Positions 1 to 12,279 of a stretch of DNA of 64,000 nt are shown here, in pieces. The notes under the pieces are model-generated. The model saw only the letters and a list, made by a program, of their open reading frames with translations, had not been told where the DNA came from and searched no databases. This DNA comes from Monocercomonoides exilis PA203 (lineage: Eukaryota; Protista; Preaxostyla), in assembly GCA_001643675.2 (NCBI GenBank), contig LSRY02000013.1, positions 1,488,001-1,552,000 on the forward strand, read 5' to 3'. How positions within the stretch are numbered: the stretch's first letter is position 1; each line of letters begins with the position of its first letter. A program made the position numbers and the translations under genes.

Positions 1-497
1 GTGAAGAGAGAGCAATTGATCAGCAGACAAGTGGAAGAAAGAGAAGGTGAATGAAGAAAGACTCATCATTTTTGAGCAATTGGAAAGGATTCATTTGACA
101 ATTAGAAAAAACACATTCAACTGGTGATTTTAATATCATTTTTTTTGATGAGAGACTTTCACCTTTTTATAACTTTGCTGGACAGCAATTTCTTTTTGAA
201 AAGGTTTTTTTTTTCAATCTTTCATTCAGTTTCATCCTTTTTAAATTTTTTATTTTATTTTATTTTTTGAAGTGAAAGAATTTCATGTGCATCAGCAAAT
301 ACCGATTCATGCCTGACAAAAACCAAAGAAAGCCACATGCTTTGGATGCGCCCCAGATGTATTTTAAAAGCCCACAAAATGATTTGCTGAAAGAAAGATT
401 TTTTCAATTTTCCATTTTGATAAAAACCATTATTTATTTCTATTTGATCATCTGGAAAATATTAAATTTTTAAAGTCAAAATTAACATTCATTCCGC

Positions 498-3400
498 ATG
501 AGAATGCTTTTGCTCCTTTTTGCAAGTTTGATTCTTGGGAAGGCATTTGAAGCACAATATGTCTCTGGAAGTGCCAGATTTCAAAACAAAGGTATTCTTT
601 CGAACTGTTATTTTTTCAATAATTCTCTTTATTTGGGTTCAGGTTATTCTAATGATGCACAACATCTATCAGAGATTGATATCAATTTCTTATTTGAACA
701 GATTTCATTGTTGGAAGTGAAAAGATTCCAGTCAGGACTTTCTACAGTGAAAAACACATTTTTGGGATTGCACAATTCTACAGTTGGACTGAAAAATGTG
801 GCAATTGAGCATTCTTCTTCAACATGTGTGCTAATAACAGGCAAATCGACTGTAACAATGGATTCCTGCATCTCTCACCAAAAATCGGAATCTCCGTTTC
901 TTTTGCAAAGTGGGTCAATCTGTTTCACAAATATGAGTTTGATCCCCCAAAAGAATCTTTGCCCTTCCAGCCTCATATTTTCATCTGATGATTCAAATAT
1001 TGTTATTTTGAGAAATTCCATCGTTGCAGATCTGATTGCTTCATCATCAGACTATTTCCTGCTGTCTGGAAAGAGCAAAAGAGAACAGATTGATCATTGT
1101 GCCTTCAGGAACATGTCAGTGAAATATGACAAGAACAGTGATTGGAACGTGGAACATTCATGTTTGTTGAGTTCAATGGAGAACACCATCATTCATTCTT
1201 CTGTTAATGTATTTGAAGGAGGGATCTCAGGTGGATCCTTTTCTTCAGAGAAATTTGTTTGCAAAAACACATCAATATGCAACGGAAAAAGAGAAGCAAA
1301 TGCTTTGAAGAAAAAAGTGCATATTGATTCAACAGCAAATGAATCATTTTCTTTATGTGAATGGATTGATTGCACAGCCGAACAAGGAGGTGCACTTTAT
1401 GTGCATGACAATGAAAAAGCCATCCTTCGAGTTGAAAATTCGTCATTTACTCGATGCAATGCTTCATCCACAAGAGGCGGAGGAATATATGCATTGAAAA
1501 TTGCTGAATGCATTGTGCTTCATTCATCATTTACTCAATGCACATGTGCTTCATTAAAAGGAGATGGCGGTGGAGGAGGAATTAGGGTGGAGAATGTGTA
1601 TGTGCAATCAATGGTCGACGATTGCTCCTTTCGAAATTGCTCATCCGGCAACGATGGAGGGGCAATGGAAATTCGTCCCACAAATACAAAAAGTCAGAAA
1701 AAATGCATCATCAATTCATTGTTTGATAACTGTCGAAGCAATCACTCAACCAACGGGATCGGAGGTGCGATAGATCATTGGGGTTGCACGGATCAAGTTA
1801 TTTTTTCAAATTGCAAATTCTGTAACTGTTATTCAATGAATGGAGGAGGTGCTGTTGGTATATTAATTAATAGTTACAATAATGGAACATTGTTTTATTT
1901 CTGCTTTTTCCACAACAATTCATGTGTAAAAGGAGGTCATGACATTATGCTTCAAGATTCAACATCAAACAACATTGATTCGACATGCTATTCAACAAGG
2001 AACACAACAAATAGAGTTAGCACAGATGCATATGTTGTGATTGATAAAAGTGTATGGCTTCGAAACAATTTTGGAATAATGAGATTTGTTTCATCCACCG
2101 AAACGCAACCTAATGCAATTGATACATATGCATGTGGGTTGAATGAAATTCATCCTTGTGGAACTATCAGGCATTGCTTGACTCAGCTTATTCCTGATAT
2201 TGTCACAGATATTGAGATACTTACAGGAACGATCACAGAAACCAAGAATGTGGATTGTGGAATTAACACTTTCACAATATATGGCCAAAGTGATTTGAGT
2301 TCAACAGTTCAAATAGAATTTGAAGCATCTGGTTTGTCTCTTTTTTCTGTATCAGTGGGAACATTGACAGTCAGAGATTTTATCCTTGTGCATAACTCGG
2401 TTCATCCGAATAACCGTGGGTCAAGGCTGTTTGAGATCACTGGAGCAGGAGAGATGCATGTAAGTGGACTGAACATTTCAACGGGAAGTGAGTATTCTTT
2501 AGAAACAGCGTTCACCACTGAGCTGATAAATGTTCAGAGTGGGATGTTTCAGATGGAAAATGTGAACTGGGCAAAGACTATCTCTTCAACTTCGTTGTTT
2601 TCGCTTTCTTCAACAAATGAGATTTCATTGACACTATCAGAATGCACCTTTGATGGGATTGAAAGAACAACCAGCGGAGCATCTGTGATGTCGTTTTCCA
2701 ACGATAAGGCAAACATCGATCTGGATTCTTGTTCCTTTTCAGGATGTGGAAGCACATGTTCGGAAAATGGAGGATCGATGATGCTTTGTGTGGGAGAGGC
2801 GAATGAAGTGAAAGTGAAAGGTGGGACCTTTAATGAGTGCTTTTGTTCGTCATCCAATGGTCTTGGGGGAGGAATTCTTCTTCGATTATTCTCTGATAAT
2901 CCAAATTTCCTGATCTCCTCTTCATTTGGAACAAACACAGCCAAGTGGGGAAGCGATATCTTCGTCTTATCACCAAATTTGGAAATGACTGCAAAATCAA
3001 AAAAGATCTCGTGTGTTACAGATTCATTGGATTCTTTTGACAAAGTTCGAGGATATGATAATGGAAATACGAGTGTGGCCATTCCTCCGTGTATTTATCT
3101 CCTTCCCACCCCAGAAGAAATATATGTGAGCAATTCTGAGGCATCTGATCATACGCATTGCGGAATAGCCCAATTCCCTTGTTTGACAATAAAACATTCG
3201 CTCACACGGTTGACAGGAACAAAGAAAGTTGTTGTGAGTGGAATGATTCAGATGAGCGATGAATTGACCTTTGCTGGACAAAAGCATGAAATCAGAGGAA
3301 ATGATGATCAAAGTGGCTGGACAGTCTTTGATTCAAATTCAATTTCCAATTCAACGATGATAACAGCAAGTATAGAAACAGAATTATCAAAACTCATTTT

Positions 3401-6400
3401 CTCTCTTCCTTCTTCTCTCTCATCGCATTCCACTTTTATTTCATCATCTTCACAACTGTCTTTGTCTCATTGTTCTCTTTCTCTTCAAAATCATTCATCA
3501 GAATTATCTTTTCTATTCTTATCTGTTGAATCAGGAATCCTGACAATTGATTCGTTTTCTGATTCGTCTATCACTTTGAGTGAAAATCCATTGATTTCAT
3601 TGTCTGGAAGTGGAACAAATACCGAGTCAATGAGCACCAAATGGTTGAACATGACGAACTGCACTTTTTCAGAAATAGAAAGAGCAGCTGGAAGTGGAGG
3701 CTGTGTGAGCATTGATAATGGCAACGATGAAAATTCAAATGGTGAAATAAATATTGAAGAATGCATTTTTGATGAATGCTCTGTATTGGTTGATGAAAGC
3801 AGAGGAGGGGCTATCAATGCTCAGTTGAAAGGGAGCATTCAAATGAATGTCATTTCATGCACATTCACAAAATGCACTGCACCAGCTGGAGAAGAAGGGA
3901 AAACTGGCTTTGGTGGAGGAATGGCGCTGAAGCTGATTGATGAATATTCTTCATTTGTGATTTCATCACCTGTTTTTGATTTAGAAAAACCAAATATTGC
4001 AAAATATGGAAATGATCTTTTCGTTGAAGCATTCAACTTGACAAAGTGCATCACAAATGACACACTTCCATTTGTATCTGGGCATCTTGCTGATGTTTCC
4101 TTGGATTCCATGAGAGGCTTTGATGGGAGTGACACAACGAATGCCATCCCGCTGGTGTATTTCTGGCGAACATTTGGCTCAGAGATATTTATTGAGGGAG
4201 GTGGAAAAGACGTGTGCATTTGTGGACTTTCAGATTATCCTTGTCTTTCAATTGGTTATTCATTGGATCGATTGCCAGGAGGAAATGAAAGGAATATTTA
4301 CATAATTAGAAAAGGAATTCTTCAGAAGAGTGTTGATCTCAGTGGAATTTCAATAAAATCGGATGATACAAATAAATGCTCTTTGGAATGTTATTCATCA
4401 CTTGAAGGAACAGATGAAGCTGTAATGAAGATTTCTGGAATCACAAATTTCGAACTAATTGACTTTGTGATCCCAACATCATTTGAAAATCGTATGAACG
4501 TTTTGATGCATGTTGATTCAAGCGAAGGATTGTTGACTGTGAAAAACTGTTCATTCACTAAAATGGAAGAAAGCGGAGAAGAAATAATTAACTACAGGCT
4601 GATCAAGGCAGATGGTGGAACAGTTCAATTGGAATTTGTGACAATGCAATTACTATCTTTTTCAAAGGATGTTATTTCTGTGTTATCTTCAACGATTTTG
4701 AACATTAAAAACTTGACGATGAAGAATGTTGAGCTGGATGGAGCAAGCGGATTGAGCATTTCAAAGAGTTCAAGGAGAGAAAAATATGAAGAAGAACAAG
4801 ATGTTGTTATCGAGTGGAGCTCATTCGAAGAAGTCACTCAAAACACAACCAATGATATTCCAGTCATCCAAAATGACAATGATGATGAGCCTTTGAAAAT
4901 GGTGATAAGAAACACAACGATGAAGAAATGTGGTGGAACGAGGTGCGGAAAAGGAGGAGTGATGTTTTGTGTGTTGAATGAGGGAGGAAGATTTGATTGC
5001 TCATTTTGCACGATATCTGAGTGCTTCTGCTCAACCACAGGAAGAGGTGGGTGGCTGTTTCTGGAATGCGTATCAGTGTCTGAGCAGCCTCTGAATTTTG
5101 TTCTCTCAAATATCGCATTCAAAGACAACTCTGCATTCAGAGGGAGAGATGCGTATGTGAGATGCCACTCAATTGAAACACAAATTGTTGAAGAGCAATT
5201 CTTGCTGGATTTCAGAGCACCATTTGTGAAGGAGCTTGCAATGTGGGGCTGCACAACAGATTCGTTTATAAATGAAGAAGATCTTCTGCTGAGGGTTGTA
5301 AAATACCAGAGCGAGACGATATTTGTATCTTCTGTTGCAGATAATCACTCAGACAGCAAGCAATGCGGAGAGTTCAGTGCGCCATGTCAGTCAATGGATG
5401 TTGGAGTGCAACATATCATTCCTTCATCATATTCTCAACTGCTAATCGCAAACGAAACAGTTGTTGTTGGGGAATGCAGTGCTCATAATGTCAGCATACA
5501 CTCGCTTGAATCTCCTTCAGCTTCTTTTGTTCATCTGAACTCAACAATAACCAACGAGGGAAGTCTTATCACAACCTCAGAGAGTGTTCGGATCGAAAGT
5601 GTTAAGTTTTCCTTTGGCAAGTCGTTTTCTTATTCTGGAAGTTCTATCATTCATGAAGCAAATGGACAGCTTTCTCTTTCAATTGTTGATTTCTCTACAG
5701 TTGTGGAGTCAAACAGCATTCCATCTGTTGCTCTCAACTCAACTTTGCTGAGCATTGCAAATGGAATTCTGCATGTTGACAACTGCTCAGTGTCACTCCT
5801 TTCGTTCAAGAAGCCTTCGCTTCTGTGCAATGGAGATGAGATTAACATCACAAATTTCAAACTGGAACAAATTGAATCAATAACAGATATATTTGTGATT
5901 GATCAGTGCAAAGAAGTTGCATTTAATTGGGTTGTGGCTGATGAAGTGAAGCTATCTGAGGGCTGCATCATTGCGATTCATGGTTCGAATTCAGGAACAA
6001 TTTCGATTGGAATCTCCTCATTCAACAACTGCTCGAGAAATTCAGAAGGATCTTCTGTTCTCTCTGTTTCTTCAGCTTCTGCTCAAATAACACTTTCAAA
6101 CTGCACTTGCACGAATTGTATTTCATTGTCTGAAAAAGGGAGCATAATCCAAGTGAGCGATGCAACGAGTGTTTTGATAGATTCATGTCGATTTGTAGGA
6201 GTTTTTGAGAAAGAAAGGGAAAATGACAGAATTAATTCTTTTGAAGAAATTTGCAAATGGAGTGGATCACTTGTTCATTCAGCGAATTCTTCACTGATGA
6301 TGAAAGACACAACAATATCGAATTCACCAGAAGGTGGAATAACAATGAGTGGAGGAAATGTTATAATTGAAGCCGGGAATTTCTCAAGCAATAATCCTTT

Positions 6401-8270
6401 TGTTCAGAAATATCCCTCTCTTCGTCGAAATATCATTTGCTCCGATTCTGCCTCATTGACTATTTCGAGCTTGAAAGGTGGAGATGGAGTGAAAGATAAC
6501 TCTTCTCTTTGGGTCCTGAATGATGGATGCACCCTTGGAGGAATAGCAGGAGAAAGGCCATCTCCTTTCTTCATCCCAAAGCTCGAAGAGGCATCTCTCA
6601 TTGATAATGGAAACAATGTTTCAATAAAATTCAAGGGAACACTTCTTCTTCCTTGTGATTTGTCATTCAAACTGGTGTATAAAACAGGGGATGTGGAGTT
6701 GGTTGAGACATATCATTTCGAAGAAGATGGTTTTGTTTCAGAAACGGAAGTGATTGGAAGAATCCCATCAGAAAATATTTCAACGATTGCAGATGAGACA
6801 GAGGTATCAGTGATGATTCTGTTTGGAAAACAATTGGCTGCGACTTCTCCACAGATACTGAAAAACAGAAGTGAGTCCAAGGTGAATGGAGATGAAAGGA
6901 TTTCCGAAGGAGGAAAAGAAGGAAAATCTTACTGGTTGCTAATTGTTATTATTATGGCATTTATTCTTCTTATCATTCTGATTATTGCAGTGGTATTCAT
7001 TGTTAGATGGAGAAAGGCAAAGAATGAGAATAAAGATCTGAGAGAGATTGTGAATGATACTGTGAGAAAAGATCCAAAGCTGATTGAGATGACAACAATG
7101 GAGATGTCTCCAGAGGAGCAGTGGAGGAGAGCAGAAAGAGAGGCAGAGAAGAATAATGATGAGAGGATCAAGAAGAGGGTATATGCGAAAAGCCTTCAGC
7201 ATTCAGAATCGTCAGAACACTTGCTGGCTGAGAGTGGATCGACTGAATACATCTTGGGCAGAGACTCAGACAAGATTCCTGAATGGGCATTGGAAAAGGT
7301 GGATGAAAAAGAAGAAGAGACAAGAAAAAGAACACCTTCACCTTCCATTTCATCTATTTCATCCACTTCAACAACTGATTCAGATTCAACATTTGTTCGA
7401 TCGGAGAATCTGTGCCCAACCACCTCATCGATGTCAAATCTGGTGGATGCAATGGCGTGCTCATCACCACATGATAAACTTATTGTGGATTTGAGGGATT
7501 CACTTTTCATGCTGCTTCATGGGCTGAATAAGACAAAAGAGATGGCAATTGGCACTCTTCAGGAGAGGGAACAGACAGCTGCTCAGATCCTGTTCTGGGT
7601 GGCCAATCTTGCACTTCACTCTTTTGATGAAATGGAAAACCCACTTCAATCATTATCCAACCTCAGTCCTCACATTGTATTATTCTCTGAGCATATGGTC
7701 ATCTGCATTGTGATGCATTCGGACTTATTATCAGATGACTCAGATTCATCATCGATCTCATCAACAACAGTTGTGACATCTGTCAGTGATGATGATGATG
7801 AAAGTGACTCCCTTCCTTCATCTGCCTTCGAGGATGAAGATAGCTTCAAAAAAGAGTGTTTGAGGTGGAAGGCGCCAGAGCTGCTGATCAACAAGAACAT
7901 GGGGGCAACAAAGAAGTCGGTGGTGTTCTCGATCGGGATGATGCTGTGGGAGTGCCTGACACTCCAGATCCCGTTCGGAGATTACGAGGCAGAGGTGGCT
8001 GGACAGAAGATAGTGAATGGTGAGAGACCAAAAGTTGAATGCATCCGAGAGCTGTCAATGGGAGCGATTTCGGAGAGGTGCTTGTTGGAAGAGGGTGGAA
8101 GCAGACCGACGCTTGTTGAGCTGAAAAGAGAATTCATCCAACATTTCCCAGCTGGAGCTGTGATGCTCACTGTTTCAGATGCGATAGACATCAGCAGAGA
8201 GACAGACAATGGAAACAGGGAAAGCGGGACAATATCAGAAGGGAGCATTCTTGGTTCAGTGAAGGAGTGA
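498..8270 (+). CDS. Large single-pass membrane protein: signal peptide, Cys-rich GGA/beta-helix-like ectodomain, TM helix, degenerate C-terminal protein-kinase-like domain
   Basis: Uninterrupted 2590-aa ORF. Hydrophobic N-terminus; repeated F..C.A..GGA and CG...PC motifs; TM segment WLLIVIIMAFILLIILIIAVVFIV followed by RWRK; C-terminal LRWKAPE..SVVFSIGMMLWECLTLQIPF..GERP matches kinase subdomains VIII-XI. Confidence 0.9.
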   Translation: MRMLLLLFASLILGKAFEAQYVSGSARFQNKGILSNCYFFNNSLYLGSGYSNDAQHLSEIDINFLFEQISLLEVKRFQSGLSTVKNTFLGLHNSTVGLKNVAIEHSSSTCVLITGKSTVTMDSCISHQKSESPFLLQSGSICFTNMSLIPQKNLCPSSLIFSSDDSNIVILRNSIVADLIASSSDYFLLSGKSKREQIDHCAFRNMSVKYDKNSDWNVEHSCLLSSMENTIIHSSVNVFEGGISGGSFSSEKFVCKNTSICNGKREANALKKKVHIDSTANESFSLCEWIDCTAEQGGALYVHDNEKAILRVENSSFTRCNASSTRGGGIYALKIAECIVLHSSFTQCTCASLKGDGGGGGIRVENVYVQSMVDDCSFRNCSSGNDGGAMEIRPTNTKSQKKCIINSLFDNCRSNHSTNGIGGAIDHWGCTDQVIFSNCKFCNCYSMNGGGAVGILINSYNNGTLFYFCFFHNNSCVKGGHDIMLQDSTSNNIDSTCYSTRNTTNRVSTDAYVVIDKSVWLRNNFGIMRFVSSTETQPNAIDTYACGLNEIHPCGTIRHCLTQLIPDIVTDIEILTGTITETKNVDCGINTFTIYGQSDLSSTVQIEFEASGLSLFSVSVGTLTVRDFILVHNSVHPNNRGSRLFEITGAGEMHVSGLNISTGSEYSLETAFTTELINVQSGMFQMENVNWAKTISSTSLFSLSSTNEISLTLSECTFDGIERTTSGASVMSFSNDKANIDLDSCSFSGCGSTCSENGGSMMLCVGEANEVKVKGGTFNECFCSSSNGLGGGILLRLFSDNPNFLISSSFGTNTAKWGSDIFVLSPNLEMTAKSKKISCVTDSLDSFDKVRGYDNGNTSVAIPPCIYLLPTPEEIYVSNSEASDHTHCGIAQFPCLTIKHSLTRLTGTKKVVVSGMIQMSDELTFAGQKHEIRGNDDQSGWTVFDSNSISNSTMITASIETELSKLIFSLPSSLSSHSTFISSSSQLSLSHCSLSLQNHSSELSFLFLSVESGILTIDSFSDSSITLSENPLISLSGSGTNTESMSTKWLNMTNCTFSEIERAAGSGGCVSIDNGNDENSNGEINIEECIFDECSVLVDESRGGAINAQLKGSIQMNVISCTFTKCTAPAGEEGKTGFGGGMALKLIDEYSSFVISSPVFDLEKPNIAKYGNDLFVEAFNLTKCITNDTLPFVSGHLADVSLDSMRGFDGSDTTNAIPLVYFWRTFGSEIFIEGGGKDVCICGLSDYPCLSIGYSLDRLPGGNERNIYIIRKGILQKSVDLSGISIKSDDTNKCSLECYSSLEGTDEAVMKISGITNFELIDFVIPTSFENRMNVLMHVDSSEGLLTVKNCSFTKMEESGEEIINYRLIKADGGTVQLEFVTMQLLSFSKDVISVLSSTILNIKNLTMKNVELDGASGLSISKSSRREKYEEEQDVVIEWSSFEEVTQNTTNDIPVIQNDNDDEPLKMVIRNTTMKKCGGTRCGKGGVMFCVLNEGGRFDCSFCTISECFCSTTGRGGWLFLECVSVSEQPLNFVLSNIAFKDNSAFRGRDAYVRCHSIETQIVEEQFLLDFRAPFVKELAMWGCTTDSFINEEDLLLRVVKYQSETIFVSSVADNHSDSKQCGEFSAPCQSMDVGVQHIIPSSYSQLLIANETVVVGECSAHNVSIHSLESPSASFVHLNSTITNEGSLITTSESVRIESVKFSFGKSFSYSGSSIIHEANGQLSLSIVDFSTVVESNSIPSVALNSTLLSIANGILHVDNCSVSLLSFKKPSLLCNGDEINITNFKLEQIESITDIFVIDQCKEVAFNWVVADEVKLSEGCIIAIHGSNSGTISIGISSFNNCSRNSEGSSVLSVSSASAQITLSNCTCTNCISLSEKGSIIQVSDATSVLIDSCRFVGVFEKERENDRINSFEEICKWSGSLVHSANSSLMMKDTTISNSPEGGITMSGGNVIIEAGNFSSNNPFVQKYPSLRRNIICSDSASLTISSLKGGDGVKDNSSLWVLNDGCTLGGIAGERPSPFFIPKLEEASLIDNGNNVSIKFKGTLLLPCDLSFKLVYKTGDVELVETYHFEEDGFVSETEVIGRIPSENISTIADETEVSVMILFGKQLAATSPQILKNRSESKVNGDERISEGGKEGKSYWLLIVIIMAFILLIILIIAVVFIVRWRKAKNENKDLREIVNDTVRKDPKLIEMTTMEMSPEEQWRRAEREAEKNNDERIKKRVYAKSLQHSESSEHLLAESGSTEYILGRDSDKIPEWALEKVDEKEEETRKRTPSPSISSISSTSTTDSDSTFVRSENLCPTTSSMSNLVDAMACSSPHDKLIVDLRDSLFMLLHGLNKTKEMAIGTLQEREQTAAQILFWVANLALHSFDEMENPLQSLSNLSPHIVLFSEHMVICIVMHSDLLSDDSDSSSISSTTVVTSVSDDDDESDSLPSSAFEDEDSFKKECLRWKAPELLINKNMGATKKSVVFSIGMMLWECLTLQIPFGDYEAEVAGQKIVNGERPKVECIRELSMGAISERCLLEEGGSRPTLVELKREFIQHFPAGAVMLTVSDAIDISRETDNGNRESGTISEGSILGSVKE

Positions 8271-9889
8271 GATGATCACGCACAGACTGAGAATAGAAAG
8301 CATTCACCATATGTGGATATTGGAAGTGGTGGCTTCTGTTTGAGCTCATTGGTGATTAATTAACAAAAGGAATTTTTGACGATATTCACAAAGCAGGACA
8401 AAGGAAGCAGCGAGATGAATAAGGAGTGAAGAAATAAAAAGGAATACCGTGAAAAAGGAAAAGAAAAAGAAAAAAAGCAGTGTGTCAATCATGCGGATGG
8501 CGTTGCCACAACTGTGAATTATGATAATAGTTGTTCTATAGAATATTTAAAGCTGGCTTTTGTTATTTTTGGTGAATGAATAAGATATTTCATCATTTTT
8601 TTTAAAGTTGATCAATTTTGAAATGGATTGTTTTCTATTGTTTTCTGAATCCTTGCTTTTTTCAAAGAAGTTGTAACTCTGGCTTCTATATATAGCTGAA
8701 AATGATTCTTGCAGAGACAAATATTGAAATTATAATAATTTTTTATGTTTCAAAAGTTTTCACCATTTGTATTTGTATTGTTCCATTTTGTTTCAATCCT
8801 ATTCAAAGAATTCCATTTGAATTAGCTTTTTCTCACTTTTGTTTTCGTTCTTCATTTTTTGATAGCCAGCCTTTTTCGTTGTTTCTTGTTCTTCGCATGT
8901 GTATATATTCATGTTCCTCACAAGAATTTATGCAATTCAGTTGTTTGTATTTCAAATTCATTTCATGTTTGTATTCATCCACTGAATTTTTGGAGAAGAA
9001 ATATCATTTTTCAAATCCCCAACAAATGAATATGAATTGCATCACGATAATTCATCAAGCATGTCTCTGCTGCAAACAAACAGATTCTGACAATCTTTTG
9101 AGAGATTTCGGAGACAAATAATTTTCATATTCCACTTTTTCATCTGTTCTTAACTTATCTGAGAAATAACTCCAAAACAAATTTAACAATCAATTTTTTA
9201 GCCAGAAAAAAACAAAGTCCGAAACTTTGATTGATTCAAATAAAAAAACTAATATTTTGTCATTCTTTAATAATTATTTCATCAACAAATATTTGAGAGA
9301 GAAGATTTTTGAAGTTTTTTCAAAAACTTAAGCAGAATAACAAAATCACCACTCAAGCTGTGAGACTCAACAACTCCAAAAAAAGAATGAGAATGGAATT
9401 ACTGATAAACATTTATCGCCAAGGGGATGAATTGACTCAATCTCATCTTCTCTTTCTCTTCTCCTGATCAAATGATCTGACTTTTTCTCCATCCTCTTTG
9501 TTCTTCCTTCACCAAAAAATTCTCCTTTTCTTTCCATCCCATTTCTTTTTATTGTGCATCTTCAGTTGCTTCCCTTCCACAAAATGATTTCACTTTTCTT
9601 CTTCTTCTTCTTCCTTTCTTCTGGCTTTCTCATCTTCTCCAACAACACAACGAGAAGTATTGTCTCATCATCACATTCATAACAAACTACCACTGGATAT
9701 CCACACTTTCTTTCACACACAAAGTTCATTTGATTCTGCATGAACCGGTTGGCGAAAGAAGGAGGAAGATGAAGAGGAAGATGAAGAGATGTGTATTTTG
9801 CGTGTGAATCCCTTTTCGCTTCCGTGAACAAATCATCCGTTGCTTTCATGAGAGACATCACTCAGAAAAATAATTCGGTTGTTGGGCAT

Positions 9890-12130
9890 GACAGAGCAGA
9901 AACATTCAGATGCCGAAATGTTGGACTGTTTGTTTTTCTCAATGGATATGCATCTGGAAATGAACATGTGGACCGAACTCTTGGAATCAAAGCAATTTAT
10001 TGCAAGTTGAAAAAGACACTTTGCAAGAACACATTCAACGATATGAGTCTTCGGAATAAGGTGCAGATCACAGGGCTGATATTATCAGATGCGCTGATGA
10101 ATAGTGAATATGTGTGCAAGTGAAGGCAGAGTCGATGAAAGTTGTGGAGATGGAACTTTAGAAAGAAGAAATCGCAGAAAAATAGCATTTGAGGACAAAT
10201 CATAAGATATATGCTGTTTATTCAGCTGTTTTATTGAATTTTCCTTCAATTATGAATGTTCATCCAATTCATTCTCCTTCATCGATTCATCTTCTGTGAC
10301 AAGTTGAAGGCTCGTAACATTGCCAAATCTGAAGAAAATCATTTCAGTCATTTATTTTGTCCAAGAATTGTTTTGATAACAAGTTCTTTAAATCTGTACC
10401 TCATTAATCTTCCACATGAAAAAAGTCAGGGTTGATCTCCATTCCTTGTTGCACGCCTTTTGATCAACTTTTTTCAATAAATGTTGAATTGTCACCATTC
10501 TCATGCATTTTCGTCTGAAATAATGTGATTGAAAGAATATTCGTTATGTGTGGATGAAAAGAAATGAAAGAAAAAGAACATTGTTGAATTCGAGTGGAGT
10601 TGAATGAAGTGAAAAAAAAACACCAATTTTTGTTGTCTGTTGAAGGAGTTGAAGAAGATGTTGATAAATGAAATGAAATGAAATGGATGTGAACAGATGA
10701 CATTTTTCCATCAGAATTGTGAATGAAAAATGAAATGAAGACCCACCTATTAATTGATCTGCTCAAAGGAAGGAAAGCGAAAGAAACTATTTCTGGTTCA
10801 TGTGGTGGAATTGTTGAATTGTTGGACAAAAATATATCAGAGGATTGATGATTAATTAAAGAAGTGACAGAAATTGACAAAAATGTTGAAGATGGAAAAA
10901 TCAAAAAGAAAATGAAGGAAACGATGAGGAGGGGGAAGAAGAAGAAGAAGAAGAAGAATCTGAAAGAGAAATGAAAAGAAATGAGTTCGATGATGCTCCT
11001 CAGAAATAGCAAAACAACAAATGCGAACAAGAATCATCTGATGAAAATGCATTCATCATGCACAGATTCAAATTTCATAACAGCCAACAGCAACAACAGA
11101 AGGAAGATTAATTTTGTGTTGCACCGTGAGACTTTGATGGCTATTCAAACAACAAATTCTCAAATACAAAGAAGGCCTTCTTTCCACCAGCTTTGTTAAA
11201 AAAACTATCATTAATGAAGAGATCGAAGGAGAAGGAGAAGGAGAAGAAAACTCATTGCTCACAAAAATGCAACTTCATATGGATTGCATTTGGGAATGAC
11301 GTTCAAAATAAAAAATCTGTTGTTAGGAACGGAATTATAATTTTTGAAAATACATAAAAAATTATTAGTTTTGCATTGATGAAAAAAATTCTTCAAAAGA
11401 ACACACATGCTTTTCCTGTTCCAAAAACAGAAGATTGTCCAATCACTGATACTGTCAATCTCATTTTTCTTGTTTCCATGCTCCTTTTTCCGTCATCCTT
11501 TTTCACCCTAAAATATCATTCTTTCAATGTTTTCATTCACATTTTTTTCCTGAAAAATATATCTCCGAATTTCATTCTTTTCAAGAGCCTTCCAATTGTT
11601 GGAATATTTCTTTTCGCTCTCATTCAAATGCTTTGAAATCGAATTTGTTTTTCTTCTCATCACCCAATTGAAAAAGGAAAATATGCAATTCCCATCTGCT
11701 GATTGTCTCTCAGCATCCAGCACTCTTCTGATGTTCCCCTCAGAAAGGCAAAGGATTGTTCATAAACATCATTTATCAGATTCTTGGACTCTGAGAAGGC
11801 CACAGATGGAAACATCTTCAAAATGAACAAGAACAATAATATATGCAAACATGCAAATATTTTGATTTTTTGAAAATAGCTGAATTTCTTTCCAAGATGC
11901 TTTTCTTAACAATCATCTTGCCCAATTCCATCAACGATGTCCCTCCTTCGCTGTCTCGTCCCTTCAAGCAAATTATAACTGCCCATTTTGCAAAAAATTA
12001 TTCATTCATCGATTTCTCATTCATCCTGTTGCAATTCTTGCACAAAATATTGCTTTTGATCAAAGCATCCATAACAACAATACTGAAAAGATATTGTGTT
12101 ATTTCTCTTTGTTGCACCTTCTCAAAAATG
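9890..12130. pseudogene. Degenerate fragments of multicopy genes (several frames, many stops)
   Basis: Coding-like composition in broken frames on both strands; no intact ORF. Boundaries approximate. Confidence 0.3.
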
Positions 12131-12279
12131 CAAATGAAAAAAGACACGGAATGGATAAATATTTTTTCGTTTCTATTTTGATAATTTATTTTTCACCAAT
12201 TTCTTCCATCTGTTCATATGCAAATTCAATGTTAATGATAAAAATGGTATTGTTTTTTTAATGCAATGGATTTTCAAAA

